From contig CAVNZM010000001.1 of assembly GCA_963693365.1 (NCBI GenBank), forward strand, positions 1,272,562 to 1,336,561: a stretch of DNA of 64,000 bases. The letters are read 5' to 3'. The translations under genes and the position numbers were made by a program. The notes under the pieces are model-generated. The model saw only the letters and a list, made by a program, of their open reading frames with translations, did not search any database and was not told the origin of the DNA. Each line of letters opens with the position of its first letter. The first letter of the stretch is position 1. Below are positions 42,679 to 56,989 of this stretch, in pieces. This DNA comes from Amoebidium appalachense. Its lineage: Eukaryota; Protista; Ichthyosporea.

Positions 42679-43325
42679 GTATAAGTTGTGGTACTACAAG
42701 TCTGTATGTACCGTGGCCATTGCCCAGAATCTGTTGCGTTTTCAGCCAGCAATAAAGCATGGAACGCCTTTACGCTTACATCTTTCGAGTTCTTAGAAAG
42801 TTAGGTCTGTTAGTTAGGGTTGCTCAAGTCTGTGGCACCCTACTACGTTCTTCTCTTTCTTTCCCTTTTGGATGCTCATGCAAGTGCGTCTCATTGCAGT
42901 ATTGTCAGCTGTCTGCGTGACAAATTCTTGACAGGTCGCCAATGCGTGATGGATGGCGGAGTCTTGCAGAGTTCTGGCAATCGTAAAGTTTTGGCAGCGT
43001 CAGAGTGTGGAAGCGTGGAGAAGGAGAGAAACGAGAAGCGCGCTGCTGTAGTTCGTCTACTACTGCAGATGCCGTGCGCCATGAGTTCTTGCGCAGTGGA
43101 AGAGCAAGATCCAAAAAGTCTGCTACCATCTAAAGAATGGAAAGACACTGTGAACAGTATGTTTCAGTGGTCCGTTTCGAGACTTGCCAGACTGACCTTC
43201 CGAGGTCTGTCTACCGTGTTTTATTTGCAGGTGGATAGACATCAAGGTATCAGCGTGGATGGATATCCACCAATGTGAATATCGGTTTCGCTTATCGGCG
43301 AGTAGTCTGAGTGCTCATCAGCACA
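42063..43325 (+). repeat. ~200-bp direct repeat (42063-42261 and 43129-43325)
   Basis: Directly visible; no TG..CA ends or TSD found. Confidence 0.85.
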
Positions 43326-43641
43326 AACCTCGGTCGAAGGCCTAGGTACTAGGGCCATCTAGTGAACTCGACTCAGATCTTCAATGATTCTTCATTGTTA
43401 GCATAGGCCTACACATGACTGATATTCAATGTTACCTTGATTGATGTGGTCCTGACCCCACTCTCTGAGACTCGCTGCCGGGCCTCGCTTGCGCTTGCCC
43501 CGGCGCTCGCCATGGCAGGGCTCACTTTGCTCGCCCTGATTGTGGTAACATCAGTGAAACATCATGACCCACATGTGTCACCTCCTTGCCGGAGCCATCT
43601 GGCATACTGATTGGCTTCTTCAATCGCGATCTCATGTACTG

Positions 43642-44991
43642 CCGTCACCAAGAGTCCGATAAAAATTTTGAAATCCGCCGCCAAAAACACTGATTGGATA
43701 GCGGATATCCCGTCACCAAGAGTCCGTTTAGGAATTTTGAAATCCGCCGCCAAAAGCACTGATTGGATAGCGGATTTATGATCCTTAACATAGACAAATG
43801 TGGTGTTCTTGTACCTGATATAGCTAACAATTTACACACATTTACATTACCATCAAAACCTGTACCTATAGTTCCAGAATACAAATATCTTGGTGTTCCG
43901 GTTGATTCTGTTGGTGTTATGTTTCCCCATATGGTCAAAAAGAGGGTAGAGTTGGCTCGTAAGCGGTTAGCTTTCTTCTCGGCTAATATTTTTAAAGACA
44001 CACCCCTCCATCCTTCTATTAGACTTACATTTATTCGCACTTTTGTCTTCCCGGCATGTGAATATGGTTTACCCCTTCTCGCCGCTTGGATCAAGAAAGA
44101 GAGAACTAGAGCGCTTAAACCCTTGGCAAATTTCCTTGAAGCAGAAGTTGCCTCCTTTCTATCTAACAACTGTTGTAAACCTGGGCCTGTAACGCTCTCG
44201 ATATATGGTCTGGTCCCAATAGCTGCTAGAGTATCCTATCTCGCGCTGAAATTCAATAAGCACATAAGCCGCTTAAAGAAGTATTTGCCCTCCCACCCTC
44301 TCTTCTCTATCCGACCTGTCCCCTCCTCACCTCTCCCCTCTTTCCTCCCCTCTCTCTCCCCTTCTCCCCTGGGCACAAATACAAATAAACCCCGCAATAG
44401 TGTGTGTGTGACTTTGGACTGCCACTTACTTATTAAACATGTACACAATCACAAGATAATCACGCAATATAACAAATGGAAAAAGATACCACACGACACT
44501 AGACCCGATGAAAGCATACACCTTGAAAAACTAAGCCTTATGTCTCGTTTTATATATACTGACCGCCTCAACCATATTGCCAAATATGGCACTCGCAAGT
44601 GTATAACACCTAAATACATATTACCTTCCTGTAGAACTGGTCTTTCTCTAGCTGATGGTATTATTGATCAATTACCACGCTTTTACTGTACACGTGCTAT
44701 ACAGTGGAGATCTAATAAGTATAAGGTGGCATCATTTGCATGCCCAAACAACACACACACACACCAGTTTAACCGGTCATGTATCGCCAAATGTAGTTTG
44801 ATAGACCACATAATACCGCAACACACACACGTCACATTCACAACAGACACCCAGAAAGATAGCCTACCTGTAAATTACAACATCCTTGATTTTATACTAA
44901 ACACGCGTAACTACGACCTGTTTATTAGATGTATTGATTGGCTTGAGAAACACATCACTACAAAATTATAGCGCACGCGCACACACACACA

Positions 44992-45042
<51 letters not shown>

Positions 45043-45074
45043 CCAGCTGATACCGAGTGTCCCGAGGGGAGCCC

Positions 45075-45114
<40 letters not shown>

Positions 45115-45473
45115 GGGGAACCCCAACTAATTGATTTCTCCTTGTAGTCTTTATGGTGTCTCGTAGAGAAAGTAAACCCTGATATATAGTCACCACCCGA
45201 CATCTATGTACGTGATCATGATATACCGCTGAGGGGATATTCCGAGCAAACCCCCCCCCCCCCATACCTGAGACTGGTTCTCTTTGCCTCGAGTAAACAG
45301 CGTAAACCCCTAGCGGATCTCCCGTCACCAAGTGTCCTTGGCGAATTTTGAAATCCGCCGCCAACAACTGATTGGATAGCGGATCTTCCGTCACCAAGAG
45401 TCCGTTAGGAATTTTGAAATCTACCCGTTAGGAATTTTGAAATCTACCGCCAAAAACACTGATTGGATAGCGG
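43642..45473 (+). repeat. ~68-bp minisatellite (GTCACCAAGAGTCCG..GAAATCCGCCGCC..GATTGGATAGCGGAT) split by the LINE copy
   Basis: About 2 units at 43642-43775 and 2-3 units at 45311-45473, in register across the insertion. Confidence 0.85.
43776..45310 (+). mobile_element. 5'-truncated copy of the LINE (ORF2 C-terminus, (CA)n, A35, 197-nt 3' module)
   Basis: Four amino-acid differences from ORF2 over about 398 aa; 8-bp TSD TAGCGGAT (43768-43775, 45311-45318). Confidence 0.95.
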
Positions 45474-46839
45474 CTCTTTTTTTTGCAGCTGAGTCCTTTC
45501 CCCCCGACCCCTAATCTTCTTCAACCCAACCTCCGGTCACGTGACCTCCAAACTAATGAGTCAAGTCAAGTCATTGAGGCTCTGCCACACCCCTGTTGGA
45601 CCAAACATTGCAAGGCTACGGACCTCGCTGTAGAAGAAACCACGCGGCAATACAGGAAGACATCTTACGTGAAAATAGGCCGATAAGTATTCCCGTCTTC
45701 TCCCCTCCCCCCAAACCCCACCCCCTCCCCTCCCTCCCCCCTCCCCCTCCCCGGGGTGGGTGGGTTCCACCTCCCCCTTCTTCCCCCCCCCCCCCCAAGG
45801 CAACCTCTTTGTAGGGATGGGTGGGAGGGGCCGGAGGGAGGGACCCACCTAGCGGGGGTGGGGTGGTGGTCCCCTCCCCCCTCCCCTCTCCCCCTCCCCC
45901 TCAACCCCGTGTGCGCACGATGGCTAAATATCTCCTTTCCACCCACCAACCTGTGTTCGGTACGGTCAAGTATCACAAAATAATATTTGAATGGGGGCAG
46001 CATCATCGTGCTCATCGTGCAGTTTTTCTTGCACGTGGCACGTACACGTGAGGGGAACTTTCAAGGGGTTGGTCCCCCCCCTCCTTCCCCCCTCCATCCT
46101 CCCTCCCTCCCTTCCCCCCGCCCCCCCCCCCCCCCTTCCCGCTTCTGTCCTCCCAAATTACTACTTCCTCCCTCCCCCCCTCCCCCCGCCTTCCCCGTCG
46201 TCTAAAAACAAGAATCCCTTATACCAACTCAAAAACACGTTATATATAAGGCGGTTGTGCCACGAGTACTTAAATCCTAAAAGGTTCTTGTGCACTTTGC
46301 AGGGTCTGCGGCAGCAGCCAAGCTATTCGACGATTGTTGACTTTTGTGTCAGCTGCTTTTAACACCCATTACTTCTCGTGTACGAGGTTCAACGGTTGCC
46401 GTGTTCTCCCTCACACTTCGGCTTTTTCTATCTGAGGGACCCTCATCCTTACCCACACACAAAAGCACCGTGATGAACTTGGAACCATCGGCCAGTAATC
46501 ACCACTAAGCACGACTGGCTGACTACTTGCTACCTGCCCCTTAGTCACTCCCAGAGTTCTTTTCGCTCATCTGTCCCATGCTTCTCCTTTTTCTGAACGG
46601 CTCCGAGTTTCTCTTTGAAAGGTCCCCCCCCATATTTGAGAGAATGCTCGTATTCGTACGATTTGTCTAATATCTGACGATTCTGCAGCATCCCTAAGAC
46701 CCCCCCCCCCCCCCCCCCCCCCCCTCCCTTTCTCTCCCTCTCTCTCTCTCTCTCTTTTTTTTTTTTTTTTTTTTTTGGCGCCTGTTGTTTTGCTTGTCAT
46801 TTTGTTGGTTTGGTTGATTACCTGTAATCTTCGCTTATT

Positions 46840-46876
<37 letters not shown>

Positions 46877-48062
46877 TGTGCGGGGTTGCACACACCGGTG
46901 CCTACTTTTCTTCCTACTGTTTTTCTCCGCACACTTCATCTGTCCACTTCTGCATACCCCCTCTCATAGCTATAGACACACTTCACACATTGCGTTACGC
47001 GCACGCATGCACACACCGCTCTGTTGGCGACAGCTCCCTTGGAACCCATGCGGCATGTTACCCGCCGGCGTAACATAACTCGGACTATCGCTTTGGCTTT
47101 TTTCAAGCCCAAAGCAATTGATGATACCATAATTCCGGCTGACATCCGGGGGCATAGCTTTCCGTTTGAAGACGTTAAAGTTCCGCCCTTGTAAGCGTGT
47201 CACTACCCTGCGGCGTGGGTCAAATCTCATATTTTCCCCTCTGATTGCGAATTCTGCGGCCTTCGGGACTTAATTCTTTTCAGCTGGTGTAGTATATTAG
47301 TCAGGGAGGTAGCGATGGGGGAGCTTCCTAGGAGCCCCGTCTCCTGAGTTCCTATCTATATTTTCTTGCTTCTGCTTACTGCGGCAACTTTAACCCCCGG
47401 CCTTTCACACTGCTCTTGCCTGCATATGCAACCCTGCTCGTCTCTGATCAAGACGGGTGACCTACCCATGTTCAAGTGAAACAGTATCTGCGTTGGGTTT
47501 CGTAACGAGGTGAATAGGTCGAAACTCGGGTACTGTGGATGACGTGGCCCCCCCCCCTGAGGATGGGCTCTGCTAATTGTGCATACTCTTTATGTATGGC
47601 TTGCATTCTGCATCGTGTTATCCGTTTTTTCTTGTGTTCTTCGTACTTTTTGACGCATTCAAACCCCCCCCCCCCCCCCCCCCCCCTCCCGCCCTGGGCC
47701 TGCACCGCTTCCCCACAGCCCCCTGAACACACGGCCATGACGCTAGAGATTAGTGTAACGTCATCAATATTAGATTCAACTGAACTGAGCCATGCATATA
47801 TTGATAGCGCTTCCCCTATATCCGGTTCGAAACATGGTAAAAAACAAGGCAGGGCCGTAGGGCACACTAAAACCAAAATATTAAATAACTGGAACATTCG
47901 TGCAGTAACAACATACATGCATTTTGTATAAAAGCTTTTATATAATTTCTATGGCATCGTTTACTATTAGCCCCTCACAGTGGCCGCCAGGCAAACTCCA
48001 GTGACAGCTCCTCCTCCTCAACTACTTCATATATAAGGGATTCTTGTTTTTGAAACCGGGGC

Positions 48063-48092
<30 letters not shown>

Positions 48093-48093
<1 letters not shown>

Positions 48094-48218
48094 GTTGGAA
48101 TACGTCACTACGTAGGACAGCAAGAGTCTAGAAGTATGTATGTGTCTTAGCCTTGTTTGTATTCGTGTCTGCTCTTCTTCTTTGTGCTCTCCCCCCTCTC
48201 TCCCTTTTTCTCTTTCCC

Positions 48219-48250
<32 letters not shown>

Positions 48251-48978
48251 TATCTCTCTCTCTCCCGTGTTTCTGTGTGCACGGATATCTCTAGATCTGT
48301 GCACACCTGGCTCCCTTGCCTGATAGGACTTATTGCATTTTATCTGTGTTTGCTCTCCTCTGTTTTTCTGAGAGTAGCGTGATTGGCTAGCTATATTCGT
48401 TGTCTTTGTTTTAGTTCAGAGTAGTTTAGTTTTAGTTCAAGATAGGATGACTCACCAATAGACGTGAGTGAGTACATCTATAGATCGTGATGTGCATTCC
48501 TGTCTATTAATAGATGTGTTATGATTGGACACTTTAGATATGTTTGGAATTCGTTTTATCATGATGTGTCTTCACTTTGAGAGTGTCGACTATTAGGAGG
48601 TATATGTATTTAGATGAGTTTCTTTATAGAGACGAGTATAAAAATAGCTGTGTATTAATAGTGACAAGTTGTATAATTTACTAAAGTTATTTAAGTAAGT
48701 GTTTCTAAGCTTCAATTGTGTCGGAAGTTGGAATGTGTATGCTCTATTGGAATGTATTTTTCTATTATCTGAAGGAACCGATTGGTTCTCTTCTTTTAGT
48801 TGAGATAAGATGATAAATGGCCAGTACAAAAAGTCCCGAGAGCAAAAATAAAAGTCAGTTGTTGTTGAAAAATTTCAAGTGTCGTGAACAACTCCGATTG
48901 CCCTCTCTTTATTGTGTTGGTCGTGTTTTACATGGCACCTCTGTGCACTCTGCTCCCTTAGACCCGTACAAAACAACG
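48093..48978 (+). repeat. Solo LTR family D (diverged) inserted in a poly-G tract
   Basis: TGTTGGAATACG..AAAACAAC(G); flanks GGGGT / GGGGG. Confidence 0.85.
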
Positions 48979-49687
48979 GGGGGGGACCCACCCACCCCAT
49001 TGGACAGGTGAATTCACCCCTTTGGAGGGCAGGGGGGAGACCCACCACCCCTCCGGCTAGCAGGGGGAGGGGCGGGGGGGACCCACCACCCACCTGAGTA
49101 GGTGGGTCCCCCCCCCTGGGGAGGGGGGGCGGGGGGGGGGGGGGGGGGGGGGGGGGACCCACCCTGGGCCACCCCAAAGGCTGCAATTATTGGGCCATAT
49201 CGGATAACCTGATCGTATGGTACTATGGTTTAACAGCGATTTACATACATTCCCAAAACGCATAAACATTGAGGCTAACTAATAGAAGTCACTCTTGATC
49301 ACCTGAAACTCAAGCTATGTCGTAAGGTCATACTTCCCCATCCCCACCCCCCCGCCTGGGGCCCCCTGTCTCCCCCCCCCCCCCCCCCCCCCCCTTTCCC
49401 CGCCCCCCTCTCGTACTCGTCTCTAATGAGTCGCCCCACCGCGCACACACACAGCACACACTTTCTGTCACGTATTCAAGTCACACGTACCTGCAAACAT
49501 GTGTGCCACAAATGCACAATAGGTGCACAAACTATGAGCAGCGATGAGCACCCGGCATGAGCATGCAGATACACTCACCCACACCACACACACATACATT
49601 CCCCCCCACACAGATACGCACACGAACACTGCATATTCAGCAAGATAACTTTGCCCCAATAGTGACCTAAAAACAGTTGACCATTGC

Positions 49688-49725
<38 letters not shown>

Positions 49726-49733
49726 ACGTGCAC

Positions 49734-49828
<95 letters not shown>

Positions 49829-50221
49829 GTGGGTGTGTGTGCGTGCGTGCGCATTGTGCACATGAATTTACTTGTGTGGTAAACGAGCAGGGTGGGGGGG
49901 GGGGGGGGGGGGGGGGGGGGAGGTGATCATGAGTGAGGCGGGAGGCCTAGGAGCCGGGGGGGGAGGGGGGGGGGGTCAGGCGGGTCGTTTGACTTAACGG
50001 AAAATGTTCTGGAGCACATAGTACACATTTGCTGTGGACAACACAAAGCAGATTTTGCAAAGAACACACAGTGAGTATGCATTCGGCAAAAGAAGAGCAC
50101 AAGCACAAGTTGAAGGGGTGGTAAATATGTGCGTGCTTGCGTATGTGATTGTGTGTGTGGGTGGGTGGGCGGGCGGGTGGGTGGGTGTGTATGTGGTTGG
50201 ATGGGTGTGTTTGGTGTGTGA

Positions 50222-50332
<111 letters not shown>

Positions 50333-50634
50333 TGATGCTTGTGAGTGTATGTGGGGCCGGGGGGGGGGGGGGGGGGGGGAGGGAGGGGGGGGGGCATGTG
50401 CAACTTTGGTGGGTGTAAAAGTGACTCTGGCCATGAAAGCGCGCATGGCCCGGGCAGGCGGGCCGGGGGGAGAGAGGGGGGGGGAGGGGGGGGGGGGGGG
50501 GGGGGGACCCACTCATCCAGGTGGGGGGGGGGGAGGGGGGAGGACCTACCCCTGCGGCTGCTCCGCATGCGGGTGGGGGGACCCACCCCCGGAGGGGTGG
50601 GTGGGTCCCCTGGGGGAGGGGGGGTACCACCAGG

Positions 50635-51540
50635 GCAATTTATTATTTATTTTTTATATCCCCTTTTGTTCCTGGAGGTGCCCCAAGAGGCCCTCAGGGG
50701 GAACTACCGTCTTCCACCCAGCACCGACCGTACTCTAGCTAGGGTGCTACGATGCTAGTAGCTTAACTAACACACCTATAACAGTCCTAACTATATGTAT
50801 ACACTTTGCCCCGGGTATCACCCCAGCCACGCCGGTGGGTAGCACCAGGCTTCCCCTCCACTCAGAACCGACGTATAAACTCGAAAAACCGGGCTCTCAT
50901 TGGTTAAAGTTTAGAGTGGTGGAATGTGTGGTGTGGTGTGGGTGGGTTTACGGGGGATGATGGTGTATGGTGGGGTCTGGTGTTGGTGGGTTGCTGCCTA
51001 GTAGTATATGGCGTTGCACATATTGGGTGGCTACGGTGTAATGATCTAAGAGCCTAGGGTTGCAGTGTTGGTTTGTTCTATGTGTGTGTCTGCAGGTTGG
51101 GCATGCTGCCTGTGTGTGTGTGGGTTGTGTGGGTGTGTGCGGTTTGGGTTTCGATGGGGCTCTACGTCTCTGTTTACGTGTGATGTTGGAATGTTTGTGT
51201 TTGTGCATTTTAGGGTGTGTGTGTGGGAGGTCGTGTTACGTGGTGTCCATATCTTTGAAAAGAAAGCTTGCAATTCTATGGTTATTTTAGCTAAAGTGGC
51301 ACGTGCCGTGGGCTCTGTGGTGTCGAGATTTGTTAGTAGGGGATCCACGGATCGTGGGCAGAAACCCCGTGTGACCCACTTGATGTCCTCGGAGTCTGGT
51401 AGGCCGGGCTGCCCTACGATCCACTTGAGCTACTCACACTGGGAGGTGACCGTGTGGGCTGTCTGCCGGTGTTGTGACGTGGGGGTCTTGGGGTGACGGG
51501 AGTGCAGCACGTTGTAGATGCAAGCCGTGATGGCCGTGGT
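50635..51540 (-). mobile_element. Possible 3' remnant of a different non-LTR element
   Basis: Broken frames with WVTRGFCP and CPTC..H motifs, then a ~300-nt UTR ending in an A-rich tail; weak. Confidence 0.3.
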
Positions 51541-52317
51541 CAGAGAGGGGGCTTCCTCGGCATGTGCCGAGCAGGACCAGCAGCAGGTTTCAGGACAAAA
51601 ACAGGAAAAATTTCGGTCGTTTCTGTCCGAAATACTAAATTCAGGTCAGAAACACCAAAAATAGTGAAAAACGAACAACGAAAAGCATGCGCCTAAGCAG
51701 AAAAAAGGACTTAAAAAAAAAGACTTCGAAATATTTTGTCATACTTGTCAGCATAAATGGATATTTGTGTTTTTTTAAGTGGCAAATGGTGTTTAAAGCA
51801 CATAAAAAGAACAGCACATCCACTACACGGTAAATGTGATACATGTATTGGCTTGTTCCTTATGGAAATTACTTCCCAAACAACATGTTCTGCACGATAT
51901 TTTGTGTAACATGTATTGTAACAAAATTATAGGTCCCGAAAACATAAAAAAAGCGAGACACGGCAGGAGTGAGCCGACCGCAGCTGTTGTTGACATAAGA
52001 AAATGCTTTATTACAGGAAAAAAAACTTGCTGCCCACACTCAGTATGGGAAAAGCCATTTACCAAAGCAGTAAAACAAGTTTTCGAAAGAGCAAAGAGGT
52101 AAAAGTAAAAATGCTCTAATGCATATTGATACAAAGAGGTGTTTACGTACGATAATATGAACAATTCTTGCAGACAGTTGCACACACCCGAAAAACAGCG
52201 CATATCCGTTGAGGCTCATACTTCATACGTACATGTAAGATAATAAGGTCCTTCATAAACACTAACCTAAAGTGAATTATTGACAAAGGGGTTCATGTGG
52301 TCCAGCCTTTCCATATC

Positions 52318-52864
52318 TGTTGTTTTGTGTGGGTAAACGGGGAAGCAGAGTGCACAGATGGGTGTTATGTTATACACAACACAGAGACACACGGGAGAAA
52401 CACAACCGGAGAGGTGGAACGATTATTGGGGCCATAGGAAATGATTCGTTCACATCATACATTTATACATGTTCTTAACATAACACGTCTAAATATAAGT
52501 ATTCCTAATAGTTGGAGTACATAGAACAATGCTACGTCGTGAGAAAAGAAGGAAAAGGAATGAGGATAGAAATGAATGGAATGGGAAAGGAATCGAATAG
52601 AATTAATGAGGAATGTAGATTACTATATTTGGGAAACTACAACGAGATCTGATTGGATGACATATTTAGACATTGACACAAACGACAATACGTGTGCGCG
52701 GGCTAAATATCTTGATGTGTACACAGATCTAAGATATCGGTGTACACGGAAACAGAAAGGAAAGAAAGAAAGGAAGAAAGGGAAAGGGAAAAGGAAACAA
52801 ACTACAACAAACTAATAAACAAATATAAAACTCAAGTCTTGCCGTGAATCATGGGAAGATGACA
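52318..52864 (-). repeat. Solo LTR family E with internal deletion
   Basis: Both termini intact, 5-bp TSD ATATC (52313-52317, 52865-52869). Confidence 0.9.
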
Positions 52865-53089
52865 ATATCCGACGATAGTCACAATTTAGACACACTAACA
52901 TAGAGTCAATTGCTGAAAAAAACACTTCATGTGATCAAGCCAGGACAAAATACATACACGAACCATAAGGATAATGAATTGAAAATAAGAAATAAAAAAA
53001 CGAAACAGGAAACACTCGAAGAAGAAGTAAACATACTCGCACGAAAAAAAACTGTCGTACTCGTAAAATACATGTTCATAAAAAAAACA

Positions 53090-54113
53090 GCCGTCGGTCT
53101 ACATAACCAGATCCTCCTCCTCGGACCCTTCGTCCACATCTTCTTGTCCCCCTCAAAAAACTCATCCTTCTTCCGGGCCGCCTTCTTTCCAATACCGAGT
53201 CCCAGCAGAGCCCTGCAGGAGGCGTCGTCCTCAAGCAACTCTGCATCCTCTGAGTCTGACTGCGGAGGCGAAGGAGCGAGGTCCGGTGCATCCTTATACT
53301 TGTAGACGGGATCCTTGAAGTGTGACCCAACGTGATGCAATTTTGGGGGCGGCAGACAGGTTGTCACGGTCCTTCGTGATCTTGCGGAAAATGTTGGCAT
53401 CTGGATGGATCTTGGGGGTCAAGCCCATGAGACGGCAGTACACGGTAAACTGCGAGAAGAAAAGGTGTGGGTGAAAACAAAACCAAAAAAAAACAAACGA
53501 AAAAGAGAATCAAATAGGGAAACAAAGCATAGCGATAAATTATTATGTTCGAAAAGGAAAACAAGAAAAAAGTTGATGGTGAGCAGTTACTGGCATGTTT
53601 CAATGAAAAAAAAAAAAATAATATAGGGAGAAACAGAATCAATGTAGAATGATTTACGGTAAGAGGCAAATGTTGTGAATTACAAATCAAATTAATAAGG
53701 ATAAACCCCATGGTTAAACAAACCGAGATTCTGATTTACTGCAAAGATTTTTTTTTTTTTTTTTTTTTTAAAAAAAAAGGAAGAAAAAAAAGATAGAAAC
53801 AAGTGTCACTAACCTCTGCTTCCGTGAACGGCAACTGAAGTTTCCAACTCCGGTTGGGCGTGTTCCCGATCGAGCCGTCAAATGCGGGAGCTCGTCCATG
53901 AGGAGCCACACCGGTCTCTGCAAGCCGGGGACGGAACTGGCGACCAATTTCCTCCAACGACGATGGGGGGGTGATCGTAGTGAAATCGGCCGGTAGGTCC
54001 ATGCCAGCCTTGGCCGTATCATCATACGTGGCAAACTGAACAAGATGGACGACACGGCTATGAAAGCAGCTCTTCACCTGGCCTTTGATCCGACCACAGT
54101 CGGTGGGTGCCAC
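53090..54113 (-). pseudogene. Spliced orphan gene remnant
   Basis: GT-AG intron 53813-53450 joins LPFTEAE|FTVYCRLMGL in frame; GC-richer exons against AT-rich intron; apparent frameshift near 53335. Confidence 0.4.
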
Positions 54114-54945
54114 TCACTCTTGTCATTTAGAAGATAACGATTGGTTTTTTTCCTCCAACTTTATGAAAGATGTTTGTTTGTATGCACGGTTGAAAATTGC
54201 GCTTATGTTTGCAAACGTTTACGAGGATCACTACTTGCTGTCATCAGTGAACAATTGCAATGAATCCTTTCTACAATCTTTTTGCTTTTTTAAAATTAAT
54301 TTTTCCTAACACATTCGCTTGGTCTCATACAGAGCACCAGGTCATGATGGAGAAGGCACATGAAAAGTTCGGTAACAACATCACCAATGCAGAGGCATCC
54401 AAGAACATTATAAAAAACAGTTTGGACGTTGTCAAAACCAATGCCTTTGTTGAGGAGGTTGCGGTTTCCGCTACAGATGCTGCTGCTGGAGCCCACAACC
54501 TTGCGGGTGCCTTCATCTACAGCGCATGGGCCAAACTGGGAAAAAACCCATATATTGAACCACGTGCCGTAATCTTCTTTGGTATGTTTCTGCTCCACCT
54601 TTTCCTCTTGCCCCTCCTTCCCCTTTCTCCACCTTTCGGCCTCAGGGGGGTTAGGGAATTGGATAAGTCGGAAATATTCTCTGGTTTACCTAATGTCAAA
54701 ACTCTTTATTTTCGACACATTAGCCAATTAATTCTTTTTGCCCCTCTTATTTCCTATTATGAATTTTTGTGTTTTTATTGTCTCAAATTTCAATTATAGG
54801 AAGTCTTTTTTTCAGTTTTATTCAATGTCCTCACTCATATTCTAACCAGATCTGGACGTTAATGCCGTGGCCTGAAGCTGATTGTATTTTTATTTTGCCT
54901 TGTTTGCGCCTGAAATGATTTAGGCGCTACCTTTTTGATTAATTA

Positions 54946-55293
54946 GGTTTTATTTGTGGAAATTATTGACATAAATATTTTTCTGGGTAAACACGTAGGA
55001 TGGGTGTTCGATACCAACATAACCATATAGGCTTCACTTTCGTGTTTTAGCAGTTAGCGGTTGGCTGCCCGCACACGGGCACCAATTAGCCAATCAAAAC
55101 ATCAGATACCACAGATCACTAGACCGAGTTATGATTGGCTCGGATCAGATTTCACATATCACTAGATCGATTTTGATTGGCTCAGATCGGTAGGCTTAGG
55201 TATATAAGCACGACAGTTTTTAGCAGATCAGCAAGCTACAAACACATCTTCTGTGTTTAGCATCCACAGCCTTACAGCTATATATTCCTTTTC
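54946..55293 (+). repeat. Ngaro A-repeat, 5' part
   Basis: Colinear with 13304-13650. Confidence 0.85.
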
Positions 55294-56230
55294 TGTTGTA
55301 ATACGTAGTATCTACATATGGTAAGATCTTCTCAGTCAGTTTGTGTTATGTTTCAGTTCATATGCTTAGTGTATATGCCACACTCCTATTATGTAAAGTG
55401 TAGCATCGATCTCCGATATGCTTGTATACTTGTAATCGTGTTGTATCGGCTCTAATCGTGTATTGTAATATCGATTAGAATATTTATATGTGTGTACACG
55501 GATCCACCCACTCAGGGAGAGACGTGTACATGTTCGCGTGTACATAAATATCTCTGGTTATAGTTATACTATTACTATCTTGTTTGTTGATCTGTGCTCT
55601 CTTTTCCTTTCTCTTTCTCCTTCCTTATTTTCTTTTCTTTCTCTCCTTGTCTTCATGTGTATAATCGTATTTCTTTTCTACTAATATATGTTAGGTAGAT
55701 TTGTGTTACCTAATATGTGTTGGTTGGACGGTAACACACTTAGGCTACACTTAGATTGACATGTGTGATTAGACTTCATTAATTTACTTTAGTTTTCATG
55801 TGTTGCCGGGCTTTAAGGCTTTAACCAATCATCACGGTTAAGTGTGATATGTCTGAGTCTTTGCAGTGTGTCATAGGTTAGAACTTCCTTGATAAGGACA
55901 CGAGTTGACCTTAACTAGTGTCTGTGTCCTATCGTGTACGTCTCCGCGTACCAGATCTCTCTGAAAGCAATTGGTTCTTAGTGATTGGTTTCTATTAGAG
56001 ACAGATCTGATTTCCGCCAGTCGGAAATCATGTAGGGATTAGACTTAAGGGAATTTCAGGTATTTATTCAAAGATCATCAAAATAAATTGAGTTCATTCT
56101 TGTCTAAACATTGATGTCTGTTGTGTACACTGCTCCGATCGTTCCGTGTTTTGTTGTTGTGTGTTTGTGGCGTTTTCACACTGCACCACTGTGTCTCTGC
56201 TTCCGTCCCAAATACTTATATAATTTAACA
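55294..56230 (+). repeat. LTR family B with non-matching flanks; followed by inverted LTR-E piece 56231-56381
   Basis: Termini intact; flanks TTTTC and GATGA. Confidence 0.88.
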
Positions 56231-56989
56231 GATGAAGTCCCTTTTATACTTGGGAATGTGAAAACGATAAACCAATCAAAAGAACGAAAACTCTGTTTTC
56301 CAATCAGAAAGACGAAAACTATGAGTGTAAAATATATCGATCGAAATGTCTGTCGACACATAGAATATAAAACTCAATTTTACAGTATCGCGTCCCTATC
56401 GTCCCTGATAATGATTATTACAACCTTGCCCTCAAGGGAACTGAAACACCGAGAACGATGTTGTCCACCCCCCCGCCATCATCCCCAAGATCATAGATGG
56501 TGTAGTCACCAACCAATTGAGGTGCATATCCTCATTATATTTTTTTTCAACTTTATTTAAACTTTGATGTTTTACTACCCGCCTTCTGTTGATTTTCTTT
56601 TCCTGGTGCTCCGCTATCCCCTTGCTTTTCACCATTCTCTTCATATTTTCAACCAACCTTGCTTCATCTCTTCACCAAGTCTTTAGTATTGGCTTTCACC
56701 CTTCTCCCAACTCCCAATTATCTTTTTTCCATACCCCATTTCCGAGTCTTCGTCAATCTTTCCTATAAATATAGACCCTCGAATTTTATTACAGGGTGGG
56801 GAGGTAGGAAGGTTTTAGAAGTTTAAAGGATTAGGTCCATCTCGTTCTCTCTTGGGAACTTCCTCCCACTTTCTCACACCTTTTTTTGTTTTCGTCTCTC
56901 CTCCAACCGAGCCCTCCCTCTCCCTTGGCGGCTTTTTCTCTATCTACATTTCCTCTTTTGTATTTATTGATTACCTTTATTAACACTTT

